Source: a virus
Taxonomy: Duplodnaviria > Caudoviricetes
Virus record (IMG/VR): IMGVR_UViG_3300035208_001807
Span: 1-64,000 of that record
Strand: one strand, 5' to 3'
DNA: 64,000 nt
In this document: piece by piece, positions 19,113 to 28,982 of the stretch
Position numbering within the stretch: the first letter of the stretch is position 1
Layout of the letters: each line of letters opens with the position of its first letter
Notes under the pieces: model-generated
Told to the model about the DNA's origin: nothing
Databases searched by the model: none
Seen by the model: only the letters and a program-made list of their open reading frames with translations
Made by a program: the position numbers and the translations under genes

Positions 19113-21806
19113 TTAAATCCCAATCCTGGACATCATCTTACCATGACCTATGGCACTCCCGTCAAGTACATGCATCATGCCAGTTGTGTGCTGTTGCCTC
19201 AGTTTATCCGATATATCCTTACGCTTACGAGAATCTTTGGATATATGCCTTTCATGGACCCTATGGTTGCCAAAGACGGCGTCTAGGAGGCCCCAGCCTA
19301 CCAAGCCGGTGATACCACCTACTAGAACCTTACTACCAACAGGGGCCTTACCAAGACCCTTCCAGAAGCTAGGCTTTACAGTAGACTCGGCTATCCTGGT
19401 TACTAATTTGGGAGTTGACTTAACTGCGGCGGCATACTCTGACTCTAGGCTCTCAGTACTTTGTATTATACTTGACCATAGGCTCTTACCGCCATAACTT
19501 TCTAAATACTTGACCCTCTTAGTGTTACCGCTAGTTCGGGCTGCCGCTAGAGCCGACTCTAGTCTCGATAGGTCCTTCTTGGCTGCACTGCGCTGGATGA
19601 GCTTGAACTTCATCTCTTCTAACTTTAGGATGTCGAAGCGACCTTGGTGTACAGCTTCATCGAGATAGTTCATCTTCTCGCCGAGTCTCTGTTGAATTAT
19701 CGTTTCGGCTCTCACGTCGGGAGTTGTTCCGTGAAGTGAGGCTATGAATGCCTCCTCTTCGGGAGTCTTGCCATAATCTAAGTATCGTAAGATAGACTCT
19801 ACGTTAGAACCTTTAGCTCCTGCGTGACGACCACCCGACCACTCTCCTAGCTCATTGATCCAGCTCTCCTCGACTCCTGGGAGATACCCTCTGGAGTATT
19901 CGGACCATAGCCCCCTTGAGTAACCTGCTCCATAAGCAGTCTCTCCAGCCGAAGTAACAAGACCCGGAAGTTCAGGTGCGTCAACTCCTCCAAGCTTGTT
20001 CTTGCCAATTAACTGTCCTAGCGCATCTGTTAGAATGACTTGTCCTTGAGGACCTGCCTTTCGTTGCCATCCTGCATAGATCTCGTTATAGAAGCCACCA
20101 AGTTTCTGAGCAACACTCTCATAGACTGAAGCCGTCATGGGGCCGCCCGCTTTGAGAGCAGCGATGTCAGCTCTGGATATTGCTCCTGACTCTATTGCTC
20201 CCATTTCCATAAGAACCTTCATATCGAAGCCCGCTAGGCCCTGGGCCCAGATGACGTTTCTCTTGCCTGGCTGGATATGTTCGGGGATGACACCGCGCAG
20301 TATATTGAGTGCGGAGTAGCCTTGCTCAACAGCAGATGACTTACTATATCGTTCTAGTTGCCCAGCAAAGAGCTCGGCGCCCTTGGGATCGATCGATGTA
20401 TCGGCTAATCTCTTTAATAGACTCTCACTTGTGTACCTGCTCCAACCATGGGTCTCTCCCATGGCCCGAGAAACAACGGAGAACTCAGTAGCAACAGCAT
20501 TGGGTTGTTGGCGAAACTCGGCCGCTAGAACACCACTCGTAGACATGCGTTCTAGAGCAGTCTTGACACCAGTGGTTTCAATATCAAGACCTATCTGATT
20601 AGTGTTCGGATCTAGGAGCATCCCGACAAGATCTCTAGCCATTGAGCGACGATGAGCAGAGTTGGCTATTTGCTTACCTATATCCATAGCATCAAATGGG
20701 TTAGTGGGAGAATGCCAAGGACCCAAATCCTTGGAAGCAGGGTTGTTACCCATGCTGTTCTTCATCATACTTCTTAACTCGCGTAAAACCCCGGCAGCAT
20801 TATCTCTAGCATATTTCCGGGCTCTAAAGACTTTCTCAAAGGCACCTGGAACATCTGAAAGTGAGGATATCATCTCTGATGTATTACTCATTGAGTATGA
20901 AGCAAACTCAGAAACAAGTTGATCCTTATCCATGTCCTTATATGATGAACTCTTCGATCCGAGGAAGCTCATAAATTCCTCTGGTACCTCGCCGAAAGCT
21001 TTCTCTGTATCCCGAACAAATTTGTCACTACCCAACATCATCTTTCTAAAGTCAGCGGCATGTGATAACTCATGCTCATATCCCATAGGTGTCGCGCCAA
21101 GCGTTGGGCTTCCAAAGATTACTGCCGGCAAGTTATTGTCATTATTATACTTAATGGCTCGTTTTGTCTGGTTAACTCCTCTTAATAACTCTCTTACTGC
21201 TTTTGTTTCAGCCTTTCTTTTCGTCTTATCTGGAATTACAGCCAACAAACTACGAATACCAATTAGGGGCTGAAGTTTCTCAGCGAAGTTAGTATCCTTC
21301 ATTTTGTTGAGCATATGCTTAGGATAGGTCCCACCGCCCTCGGCACCAAAAAGTAGCCCCAGCGTGTTAGTTATGTCCGGACTTTCATATAACACCTTTG
21401 CCTTCCTAAGGAAGCCGCCAATGTTGAACTTCCCCAAGAAGTCGGTCATGCCGCGTATAATACCCGTAGCCATGCCCCTGTTGCCCGGATGGATAGCTCC
21501 ATAGAGGGAACCAGTGGGAGATATTCCTTGCCAGTTAGGAGACCTATAATTAAAGATGGTTTGGATCGATGACTGTTGACGGGTCTTATTGCGGACTTCA
21601 TAGTTGAGAGGTTGGCCAGTAGGCGCTACCGGACTATAGAAGTTTGGGTTGATCTTAGGGGCGTAGGATTCCCCCATGAACATAGAGCGACCGCGCCAAC
21701 CAGCGCCGAGGCTAGCAGCTAGACTTGAGGACTCATAGTGGCGGTAGGGGGTACGGCCTGGAGCAATTTCGCCCTGTCCGATGTTTGTCTGTTGGGCGAT
21801 AGGCAT
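19113..21806 (-). CDS. Large multidomain protein: HExxH metallopeptidase plus DnaQ-like exonuclease, C-terminal TM
   Basis: HELSH; IGLDIETTG...AGFDMKVL...H..DV. Confidence 0.55.
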   Translation of the reverse strand: MPIAQQTNIGQGEIAPGRTPYRHYESSSLAASLGAGWRGRSMFMGESYAPKINPNFYSPVAPTGQPLNYEVRNKTRQQSSIQTIFNYRSPNWQGISPTGSLYGAIHPGNRGMATGIIRGMTDFLGKFNIGGFLRKAKVLYESPDITNTLGLLFGAEGGGTYPKHMLNKMKDTNFAEKLQPLIGIRSLLAVIPDKTKRKAETKAVRELLRGVNQTKRAIKYNNDNNLPAVIFGSPTLGATPMGYEHELSHAADFRKMMLGSDKFVRDTEKAFGEVPEEFMSFLGSKSSSYKDMDKDQLVSEFASYSMSNTSEMISSLSDVPGAFEKVFRARKYARDNAAGVLRELRSMMKNSMGNNPASKDLGPWHSPTNPFDAMDIGKQIANSAHRRSMARDLVGMLLDPNTNQIGLDIETTGVKTALERMSTSGVLAAEFRQQPNAVATEFSVVSRAMGETHGWSRYTSESLLKRLADTSIDPKGAELFAGQLERYSKSSAVEQGYSALNILRGVIPEHIQPGKRNVIWAQGLAGFDMKVLMEMGAIESGAISRADIAALKAGGPMTASVYESVAQKLGGFYNEIYAGWQRKAGPQGQVILTDALGQLIGKNKLGGVDAPELPGLVTSAGETAYGAGYSRGLWSEYSRGYLPGVEESWINELGEWSGGRHAGAKGSNVESILRYLDYGKTPEEEAFIASLHGTTPDVRAETIIQQRLGEKMNYLDEAVHQGRFDILKLEEMKFKLIQRSAAKKDLSRLESALAAARTSGNTKRVKYLESYGGKSLWSSIIQSTESLESEYAAAVKSTPKLVTRIAESTVKPSFWKGLGKAPVGSKVLVGGITGLVGWGLLDAVFGNHRVHERHISKDSRKRKDISDKLRQQHTTGMMHVLDGSAIGHGKMMSRIGI

Positions 21807-21808
21807 GA

Positions 21809-22519
21809 TTAGTCCTGCTGGACTGGCTTAGCAGCCTCCGCTGCGGCGTTCTCGGCTTCTATGATAAGCGCCTTCTTCTTGCGCTCTAGAATGCCACGAA
21901 CTCGTGATACAGAGGTTGAGGGATCGGTGCCTGTCCCGGCGCCGACTTCTGCGATAGCCTTACGTGTAGCTAGTAGTGCATCGAGCAGCTTGAGCTTTCT
22001 CTTGTAGAGCATATCTTCCCACTGAGCTGCAACAGATAGTTCATCGCGGAACTGGACATCACCATCGTCGGTGACTCCGACTGCTTGACGAGTGACAAAG
22101 TCCTCATAGGCTAATCGGTTAGATGCTCTCATGTTAAATAGATCGATCTTGGCTAGGTCGGCTACTAGGTTCTTCTCGACCATGTTATTAGAATCGATTT
22201 GCAGTGTAGTTACATAGTTATCAGTCCATAGGGCTAGAAGATGTTGTTCAATGGGGCATTGCTTGCCTACCATGTAAGTAAAGCCGGCCTTAAAGAGAGG
22301 ACACGTCCTCTGCATGGGACAGGTGGCACCAGCGCACAGGATGGGGGCCGCAGCATGATGCCCATTCTCCATAACCCTAAGCTGGTTGGAGGCTTCACGG
22401 ATCTGATCAGCTAGAATCTCTTTGCTAGAGTTGGACTGCCGCTGTAGTTCGATAGCTCTGGCTAGAAGCGGTGAGGTTTCTTGCGGAAGGGCTGTGATCT
22501 GCTTCTCTTCATCTGGCAT
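21809..22519 (-). CDS. Cys-cluster helical protein, possible terminase small subunit
   Basis: CAGATCPMQRTCP...CPIE; near the head of the late gene block; function is inference. Confidence 0.35.
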   Translation of the reverse strand: MPDEEKQITALPQETSPLLARAIELQRQSNSSKEILADQIREASNQLRVMENGHHAAAPILCAGATCPMQRTCPLFKAGFTYMVGKQCPIEQHLLALWTDNYVTTLQIDSNNMVEKNLVADLAKIDLFNMRASNRLAYEDFVTRQAVGVTDDGDVQFRDELSVAAQWEDMLYKRKLKLLDALLATRKAIAEVGAGTGTDPSTSVSRVRGILERKKKALIIEAENAAAEAAKPVQQD

Positions 22520-22522
22520 TTC

Positions 22523-22747
22523 TTATCTCCTATGGAACTCGTCGACGAATGCTTGAAGAGCTTTCTCAATGGAATCGGCTAGTACAACCTTCTTAGATAT
22601 AGGATCTAAGTATTCGCAGCCAGAGCCGTTGATCTTGCGTAGTGTATAGAACTGGCAGTAGGGGTCATTGCCCTTGTTGATCTCATCAAGAAGGGCATGC
22701 AACTTGGTGAGGGCAAGCAGAAAGTTCTTGCTATGCATATATTTCAT
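22523..22747 (-). CDS. Hypothetical protein
   Basis: 74 aa; TGnTATAAT just upstream. Confidence 0.4.
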   Translation of the reverse strand: MKYMHSKNFLLALTKLHALLDEINKGNDPYCQFYTLRKINGSGCEYLDPISKKVVLADSIEKALQAFVDEFHRR

Positions 22748-22764
22748 TCCTATTATAACAAGCT

Positions 22765-23628
22765 TTAAGGCCCTTTTCTAGGCCTATTTCGCAAGCCAAT
22801 TGATTTTCGTAGGTTATCTAGGGCCCATAGGGGTTGTAGATTAGTGTAGTGGCAGGCAGCCTTTTGCTGTTTGGGGTCAGACATATCAAACTGGTGTAGT
22901 TCTTGAATGTGATCTATTTGCCACTTACCATTGCCACGCCCCCAATTGCCCCAATGCATTCCGGGTTGGAAACGTGACTCAAGATGCTCTTTGAGTTTAT
23001 CGATAGTACAACCAAGATCTCTAACTGCGGAGGATGTCTTGCGCACATTGGGCCCGCGATGACCCAGGTGCCACCTTAGGGCGCTCCACAACCTAGAACG
23101 TAGGACACTACGCAGGCGTGGTTTTAATTGTCTCGCATATGCGAGAGCCTTCTCCCGATGTGCCGCATACCATTTGCGAGCCCTTTTTCTACCGTCTAGT
23201 ATCCTACATTCTTGGCAGAAGGTACCCCTAGGGCTGCCCTTTATGATAAGGACTGGCACTCCGCACGTTTTACACCGCTTGTGCGTTTTTCTTAGCCCCC
23301 ATTGCTTACGCATGCGGTATGAGGATTCTCTCCCATAGCCAATTCTTTTCTCTATACTCTTAATAGAATACCCCTCTTCCAACGCGTGTTGGATTTGCGG
23401 GCGCAGTACCTGCTGCCGGTATGATGAGACAGACTGACCAAGGGCCCGAGCGATATGGAGATAAAGGGTAGTCCTACGACGCGAAGGCCAGCCAAGGCGC
23501 TCTGCTATACTTAAAACGGGAGTGCGGGATAAGATCATCTCTCTAAGTATGCCTACTCCCTCCGGCGTAATCGGCATTAGAGTCGAGCGTCTTCCCATTT
23601 CTAGAACCTCATAGATATTGATTGGCAA
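22765..23628 (-). CDS. HNH endonuclease with N-terminal HTH/Zn finger
   Basis: LGCTIDKLKEHLE...WQIDHI...HYTNLQPLWALDN. Confidence 0.8.
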   Translation of the reverse strand: MPINIYEVLEMGRRSTLMPITPEGVGILREMILSRTPVLSIAERLGWPSRRRTTLYLHIARALGQSVSSYRQQVLRPQIQHALEEGYSIKSIEKRIGYGRESSYRMRKQWGLRKTHKRCKTCGVPVLIIKGSPRGTFCQECRILDGRKRARKWYAAHREKALAYARQLKPRLRSVLRSRLWSALRWHLGHRGPNVRKTSSAVRDLGCTIDKLKEHLESRFQPGMHWGNWGRGNGKWQIDHIQELHQFDMSDPKQQKAACHYTNLQPLWALDNLRKSIGLRNRPRKGP

Positions 23629-23774
23629 CTAACAACAAATGGGCCTTATTTCAATGGATTACTGGTATTGCCTAAAATCGGGGCTGCTGGATATCATAAT
23701 CCGCATCAAGCCACTGCTGGAGGACAGTAACTAGACACAGCCCCGTGGACGGCCAAGAGGGCGTCCTTGCTTCT

Positions 23775-24956
23775 TTACCCTCTCCTGCGTCCAAGCATTC
23801 CAGTCTGATTCAGTTCCGATCCACCGACTTGGCGTTCTCCCGGAGTTCCAGAGATAATACCCATGTCAGCTGGCAGTTCGATCTTGACCTGCTCGGTCTG
23901 ACGCTGAGTGATCTTCTGGCTCATTTCAGAGGCTTCTTTCTTTGCCTCTTCAACAAGATCCTTGATGCGTTGTTCGGGCAGACGCATACCAGCTAGCATG
24001 GTATTGATCGTTAGCTTCTTTACCTCTGTGGTATAGATGCCTCGGTTCAGTCCGCCAGAGCCGATATCTTGTTTGATTGAGTTGAATAGGTTCTCTTCGA
24101 ATGCGTGGGCGTAATCAAAGCCGATAGGCTTCTCAATAACACCAGCCGCACGAATGGCTGTCTTGTGATCGAATCCCGAGGCCAGTAAGCCATTAAGGAT
24201 CTTCTCTACAGCCTTGGTTAGGTATGCGGCGGGATCTGCAGGCTCAGCGCCACTTTCGAGATCGAGCTCCGAGGATCCTAGGATTAAGAAGCCCGGAGTC
24301 ATCAGGCACTTCTTATAGTCCTCGGCATCGAAGGCTGTTTCGGTTGCCATAGAAGACAACTGATTGAACCTATCGAAGAGATCAACGATCTCGCGGTTAG
24401 CTGTTCTCCAGAAGTCTGTTGAGGTCTTCTGGTTCAGGCGTTCTGTAACGCGCTGGTTATCAACTACTACAATAGACTGAATGCCCTTGTAGTTCGCGAT
24501 CTTCTCTAGGCCACGGAGGCAGTTTACCTTCTCGTCAGTGCCTTCGTTCGTTCTTGGAAGGGTAACGATCATTCCAACAGGGATGCCAAGCGCTGAAGCG
24601 ATTTCAGCAACCAAGACACCGCCAAGAGTACCGGTTCCTCCACCAAGTCCAGCAACCACGAAGATGAATTCCTTGTTGTTGAACTTGCGCTGGATCTTCT
24701 TGAGAAGCGTGTTTGCGTATTCATTAATTGCTTGTGCTCCTACATCTGGGTTCTTGCCGGCGCCACCTGCGCCTAGAACTAACTGAATCCTAGAGTTTTC
24801 ATCCTTAGGGATGAAGTTCAAGGTCTCATAGTCCCTATCGGTTAGATTGACAGCCATGGTGTCATATCCGACCTCGGCAAACACATCAGCGATATGGTTG
24901 CCGCAGCCCCCAACTCCGATGATGCCGATATCTAGTGTTCTCTTTACGTCTGACAT
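23775..24956 (-). CDS. Tubulin/FtsZ-family GTPase (TubZ/PhuZ-like)
   Basis: GVGGCG, GAGKNP, GLGGGTGT signature; start taken at MSDVKR with GGAGG RBS. Confidence 0.88.
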   Translation of the reverse strand: MSDVKRTLDIGIIGVGGCGNHIADVFAEVGYDTMAVNLTDRDYETLNFIPKDENSRIQLVLGAGGAGKNPDVGAQAINEYANTLLKKIQRKFNNKEFIFVVAGLGGGTGTLGGVLVAEIASALGIPVGMIVTLPRTNEGTDEKVNCLRGLEKIANYKGIQSIVVVDNQRVTERLNQKTSTDFWRTANREIVDLFDRFNQLSSMATETAFDAEDYKKCLMTPGFLILGSSELDLESGAEPADPAAYLTKAVEKILNGLLASGFDHKTAIRAAGVIEKPIGFDYAHAFEENLFNSIKQDIGSGGLNRGIYTTEVKKLTINTMLAGMRLPEQRIKDLVEEAKKEASEMSQKITQRQTEQVKIELPADMGIISGTPGERQVGGSELNQTGMLGRRRG

Positions 24957-25018
24957 GGAAGCTACCTCCAGCTCTTTCTCTATAGTTTTGTTTACCGACT
25001 TTGCAGTCGGAACGGCGA

Positions 25019-25522
25019 TTAATCTACTAAGGTCCGCAAGGGAGGAGGACCTGGCTTTATTGGTTTCCTCATGTATGGATCGACCTGCGATTCCTGCGAC
25101 TCCACTTGGGGCAGAACTCCCGATGGGAGAGGAGTCACTCCTACTTCCCACATCGGTGTTGGCAAGTACCCCGATACTGCTATCTCCTGGTTGTCCGGGT
25201 AATTGAACCCCGTGTATCCCGAGCGGCCTGTCGCTCCGGAGTACCCCGAGAATCCCGACCACCCCGGTCCTTCCGGACTCTCTACTACTATCATCACTGG
25301 ATGAGCCTGCGACTCCGATGCTTGCTGGGCTGGAGGACGAGGCAGGTCCCCTATGAAGCGGTGCGACGCTCTCTCCATTGCATCGTGTACTCCCTGTATC
25401 TTGCGGTCTATCTCCTGAGCTCTGGTTGTCAGAACTCTTTGCCTCAGTTTCTCTACTGGTTCCAGTAGTCGGCTTGCCAAACTCCAGAGTGAGCTCTTTG
25501 ATGCTGATGTTTTCGAGCTCAT
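25019..25522 (-). CDS. Hypothetical protein with SG repeats and C-terminal LRTLVD
   Basis: GAGG RBS; SGFSGYSGATGRSGYTG. Confidence 0.55.
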   Translation of the reverse strand: MSSKTSASKSSLWSLASRLLEPVEKLRQRVLTTRAQEIDRKIQGVHDAMERASHRFIGDLPRPPAQQASESQAHPVMIVVESPEGPGWSGFSGYSGATGRSGYTGFNYPDNQEIAVSGYLPTPMWEVGVTPLPSGVLPQVESQESQVDPYMRKPIKPGPPPLRTLVD

Positions 25523-25779
25523 TATTCATCATCCTCTCGGCTGCGCCCATTACAGTCTCTTTGGCTAATTGCCGATAGTGATTCTGTGCAGGAAGATGAT
25601 GCGGGCAGGCTTTGTAAGTACATCCGGGGTGTGGACACTTGGGTAAATGCCATAAAGTCCCTCCAGGACCTTTAAGTTGACTAGTTCCTAAGATGTAGCA
25701 GTAAATCACTGATCGTCCTCTCCAGAAACGATCTACGTATTGTACATAACCTTTGGAGTATCATTATCATCTTTAGGCA

Positions 25780-26178
25780 TTAGTTTGTCAATGCCCCGGC
25801 CTTAATAATGCACCAGATCATAAGATCCATGACATTATAGGCCCAGCGCTCTTCGATGGTCTCTTGTTGATTCTCACTGAGTGTATCTTTGAGCATCTCT
25901 GTGAATGGGTCTTGTATAATATGTGTGACCTCATGAAAAGCCACAGAGGCAATCCTGGCTTCATTTTCTAGAGTATCGGGCATGCTCTCGATGTCATCTG
26001 GGACCCTAAAGCATATCTCATACCGTCCCTTTTGTGGTAGGCACGCCACCCAGGCCTCATCACCATTCTCGGATGCATAGTTGACAAACTTGACAGTTAT
26101 TCTGCCTTGGGGATTCATTACCCAACGAGCCAGTTCAATAGCCTTGGTAACGATATCTTCAAATCTCTTGGATGTCAT
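25780..26178 (-). CDS. Putative HExxH metallopeptidase
   Basis: VAFHEVTH...EE. Confidence 0.5.
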   Translation of the reverse strand: MTSKRFEDIVTKAIELARWVMNPQGRITVKFVNYASENGDEAWVACLPQKGRYEICFRVPDDIESMPDTLENEARIASVAFHEVTHIIQDPFTEMLKDTLSENQQETIEERWAYNVMDLMIWCIIKAGALTN

Positions 26179-26186
26179 AGTAGCTC

Positions 26187-26672
26187 CTAGTGTAGGACTA
26201 CAACCTTACTCGAAGACTCTCTTGGGAAATTAGCTGTTTCAAGCACTTCAACAAGTTCTGTCGGGAATTCGGCCATCCCGAACTGGGGGCCTGCATACTC
26301 AGTATGCCAGATCTCAGTGTCAGGAGGAAGCTTCTCTAGTATCTTGATCAACTTAGCAGCTGTAAGGCGCTCACGATCCGCAATTCCTCTATAGAGAACA
26401 TCATCTTCTTTAGCTGCCCAGGACGGAGACAATGTATCGGTCTGACAGAACCTCTGACAGACCCCATAATATTCGGGTGGCTTACCATGGCGCTCATTAT
26501 ATTCATCCACGATCATCTTAACCATATCGTCACTCAGAACCGTTCCCTTATGATCGACATGTATACTACATCTAGTACAAGTACTTATGAGGCCGCCACT
26601 AAGATCGGGCCGGTCAATAACGAAATCATGACCTTCTCCCGATGCGCATTCCTGAAACTTAACCTCTTCCAT
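26187..26672 (-). CDS. Hypothetical protein
   Basis: ORF track; GAGGA RBS. Confidence 0.45.
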   Translation of the reverse strand: MEEVKFQECASGEGHDFVIDRPDLSGGLISTCTRCSIHVDHKGTVLSDDMVKMIVDEYNERHGKPPEYYGVCQRFCQTDTLSPSWAAKEDDVLYRGIADRERLTAAKLIKILEKLPPDTEIWHTEYAGPQFGMAEFPTELVEVLETANFPRESSSKVVVLH

Positions 26673-26871
26673 TGGGTAGTCCTCTCACTATTGGTCCCTG
26701 AGTGCCATCGTACTTAGCCTTCATCTTGGTGAGAAGAGCATCGGCGAGGTTGCGCGCCTCTTGCACAGTCATAGCTGTCTTGATACGCTCAAGATCAAGC
26801 TTGACTCCATCATAGAAGTGGCGCTGCATTACGAGTACTTTAGTTGAAGGCTTGAATTCATCACCGATCAT
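26659..26871 (-). CDS. Hypothetical protein
   Basis: Coupled ORF. Confidence 0.4.
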   Translation of the reverse strand: MIGDEFKPSTKVLVMQRHFYDGVKLDLERIKTAMTVQEARNLADALLTKMKAKYDGTQGPIVRGLPNGRG

Positions 26872-27106
26872 TTCTCTTACCTCTCTCAGCTGCGTCGATC
26901 TGTTCGATCTTCGATTCCAACTCTTTAAGCTTACCGCCTGAGATTAACTGATACATCACGTCTTGAGCTTGTTGGTGGTAGCAGTTATACTCACAGTTCT
27001 CGTCACAATGATCATTGGCAATGGACTCTATGAATAGTACCATTATGGCTAGGGCGTGGGTCTGCATGGGAGGACTCCTCTGCGGAGCACAGGTGGGTAC
27101 ACCCAT
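26861..27106 (-). CDS. Hypothetical protein
   Basis: Coupled ORF; start may be internal. Confidence 0.35.
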   Translation of the reverse strand: MGVPTCAPQRSPPMQTHALAIMVLFIESIANDHCDENCEYNCYHQQAQDVMYQLISGGKLKELESKIEQIDAAERGKRNDR

Positions 27107-27118
27107 ATTATAACGTCT

Positions 27119-27787
27119 CTAGTCGACGATCTCTCTAAGAGTAGATCTCCTTACTTTAGGGGGCTCTTCTACCTTCTTTTCCATGGCAGGTGCGTATATC
27201 TTCATCAAGGCCTCATAGGCCTGGGGGTTCAGGATCATAGTGTTGGGAGTACCGTATTGATCGATCACGTTTCTAGCCGCCTCCATCATTGTCATGAGGT
27301 CTATTTGATTCCCGCCACCAATATTAGAGTGCCAACCGCTCACCTCTCTACACACAAAGTCAGCAGTATAGGTTTGCTCGGTACTATCATAAGAAATGTC
27401 TGTAACAACAACGCCCAATAGGCTCATACTAGTGGGGCCGCCCGCATCATTACGACCATGGAGATGGATGTCCCAGTGATCGTTCACGCCAGGTACTCCA
27501 TGCCACTGATAGCGGGTTGCAAAAACCAAACTCCCAGTAATGCGGGGTTGACTCCTCGTGAACATTGCAGGATCCATAGATCCCATTACAGAGATCGGCA
27601 TTCTCTCTCTGGACATAGAGTAACTTACAGCCCTAGGCATAATTGTCTCAAGGGCGGCAGTCTCTCCCTCGCGGTGGACCTCGATACCCAGATCAGGTAG
27701 GCGCGCATAGGCCCGAGTGAGTCTATTAGACTCTTCTGCGGGCTGCGGCCTTACAGGCAGATTATTAGATGAGGTTATAGCGGCCAC
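27119..27787 (-). CDS. Tail-tube paralog with capsid-like segment and LREIVD tail
   Basis: VSYSMSRERMPISVMGSMDP..ITGSLVF and FVCREVSGW align with 86..736. Confidence 0.7.
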   Translation of the reverse strand: MAAITSSNNLPVRPQPAEESNRLTRAYARLPDLGIEVHREGETAALETIMPRAVSYSMSRERMPISVMGSMDPAMFTRSQPRITGSLVFATRYQWHGVPGVNDHWDIHLHGRNDAGGPTSMSLLGVVVTDISYDSTEQTYTADFVCREVSGWHSNIGGGNQIDLMTMMEAARNVIDQYGTPNTMILNPQAYEALMKIYAPAMEKKVEEPPKVRRSTLREIVD

Positions 27788-27789
27788 TA

Positions 27790-28032
27790 TTAATCCTCGT
27801 CAGGATAGCGACCATAGTAGTCGCCGCCCAGATACATATCACTATCATGGTGCCACCCGCAACCCAGTATATCCCTAAGGATACGGATAGCCCGGCGCAA
27901 CTCACCATAGGTCATATCAACAGCCTGTCCCTCAGTCTTCTTATCAAAAGCAGCCTTGTAGAATGTCAACTCCCTATAGCAGTTTGTAACCACTTGGTCG
28001 CTGGTCAGATGCTTATCATCTACTCTACTCAT
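27790..28032 (-). CDS. Hypothetical protein
   Basis: Coupled ORF. Confidence 0.4.
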   Translation of the reverse strand: MSRVDDKHLTSDQVVTNCYRELTFYKAAFDKKTEGQAVDMTYGELRRAIRILRDILGCGWHHDSDMYLGGDYYGRYPDED

Positions 28033-28526
28033 TTCTTATCCTCCACGTTGACTGGCTTCTTTAACAACCCCTTTTTAACCATTTCCTTATAGAAGCATTG
28101 CATAGGCCACCCTACACAGTCGGCGAACTTCTCCTCCATTTCCATTTCTTCCAGGAGGTTGTTCCTCTTCCTCGAGCAGTAACGGTTCCTTGCGTACCAG
28201 GACGCAGCATGTAGGAACTCATGCAGTACAGTGATAACTCCATGCTTTCCCCGTAGGCTCTCAAGGTTGAAGAAGATGATCCCTGTTCTCTTGGTAACTA
28301 ACTCCCAGGGTGCGTTCTTCACACCCTTCTTCCGGATCCACTTAGCTGGGCGCGGTATATGGCAACCCATCTCATTGGCAGGATGATCTTGCTTATGGGC
28401 AAGCTTCTTCTGTTCCTGCCTCCGCGCTGCAGTCAACATATCCTTATGCTTCCTATAGACCCGGACCTCTACAAAGCAGTCCGAATGGTCAAATGGGAAC
28501 CCATAGTCATAAACAGGTTTCGCCAT
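28029..28526 (-). CDS. Putative HExxH metallopeptidase
   Basis: VLHEFLH...EE. Confidence 0.5.
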   Translation of the reverse strand: MAKPVYDYGFPFDHSDCFVEVRVYRKHKDMLTAARRQEQKKLAHKQDHPANEMGCHIPRPAKWIRKKGVKNAPWELVTKRTGIIFFNLESLRGKHGVITVLHEFLHAASWYARNRYCSRKRNNLLEEMEMEEKFADCVGWPMQCFYKEMVKKGLLKKPVNVEDKK

Positions 28527-28747
28527 TACCGCCCCTCCGAAGGGACCTCAGGGTCCTGACCAGTACAGTCCGGGTTAGGACAAGGCAGCTTCTCTCTTGC
28601 CTCCCAGGTTGCCCCACAGCAAGGACAGTACCCCTTCACATAAACACGCGCTTTCTTCGCTTCGCGCTTTTCCCGCCACTCCTGTATCCTCACTCCTACT
28701 AGAAAGCCGCCTATACAGACCGCACTTATCACTAGAGCATGTAGCAT
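28526..28747 (-). CDS. Small membrane-anchored Zn-ribbon protein
   Basis: N-terminal TM, CPCC..CPNPDC. Confidence 0.45.
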   Translation of the reverse strand: MLHALVISAVCIGGFLVGVRIQEWREKREAKKARVYVKGYCPCCGATWEAREKLPCPNPDCTGQDPEVPSEGR

Positions 28748-28787
28748 TTAGAGTCTCCTTTGCAGTACTTCGTACAAAAACGTTTAC

Positions 28788-28982
28788 TTACACATTCTTA
28801 AAGTCTTCTGCAACTATACCTAGGAATTGCTCTTCGGCGGCGTCCCCACCTGAGTCGGTATTTAACTCCAGATGCAGGTCAGCGTAGAGGCTACCCTCGT
28901 CTTTTGAGGAGTAGGCTAATACGCGGACTTCCATGTCGTCGCTTAGATCACTGATGTATTCACGTAGTTCTTTGATCTTCAT
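28788..28982 (-). CDS. Hypothetical protein
   Basis: MKIKELREYISDLSDDMEV-type small phage protein. Confidence 0.45.
   Translation of the reverse strand: MKIKELREYISDLSDDMEVRVLAYSSKDEGSLYADLHLELNTDSGGDAAEEQFLGIVAEDFKNV

Noticed and set aside
23775-25709. 644-aa tubulin as given in the ORF track
   Set aside because: The extension is Ser/Gly-rich like an off-frame read and overlaps a better ORF; a strong RBS precedes the ATG at 24956.
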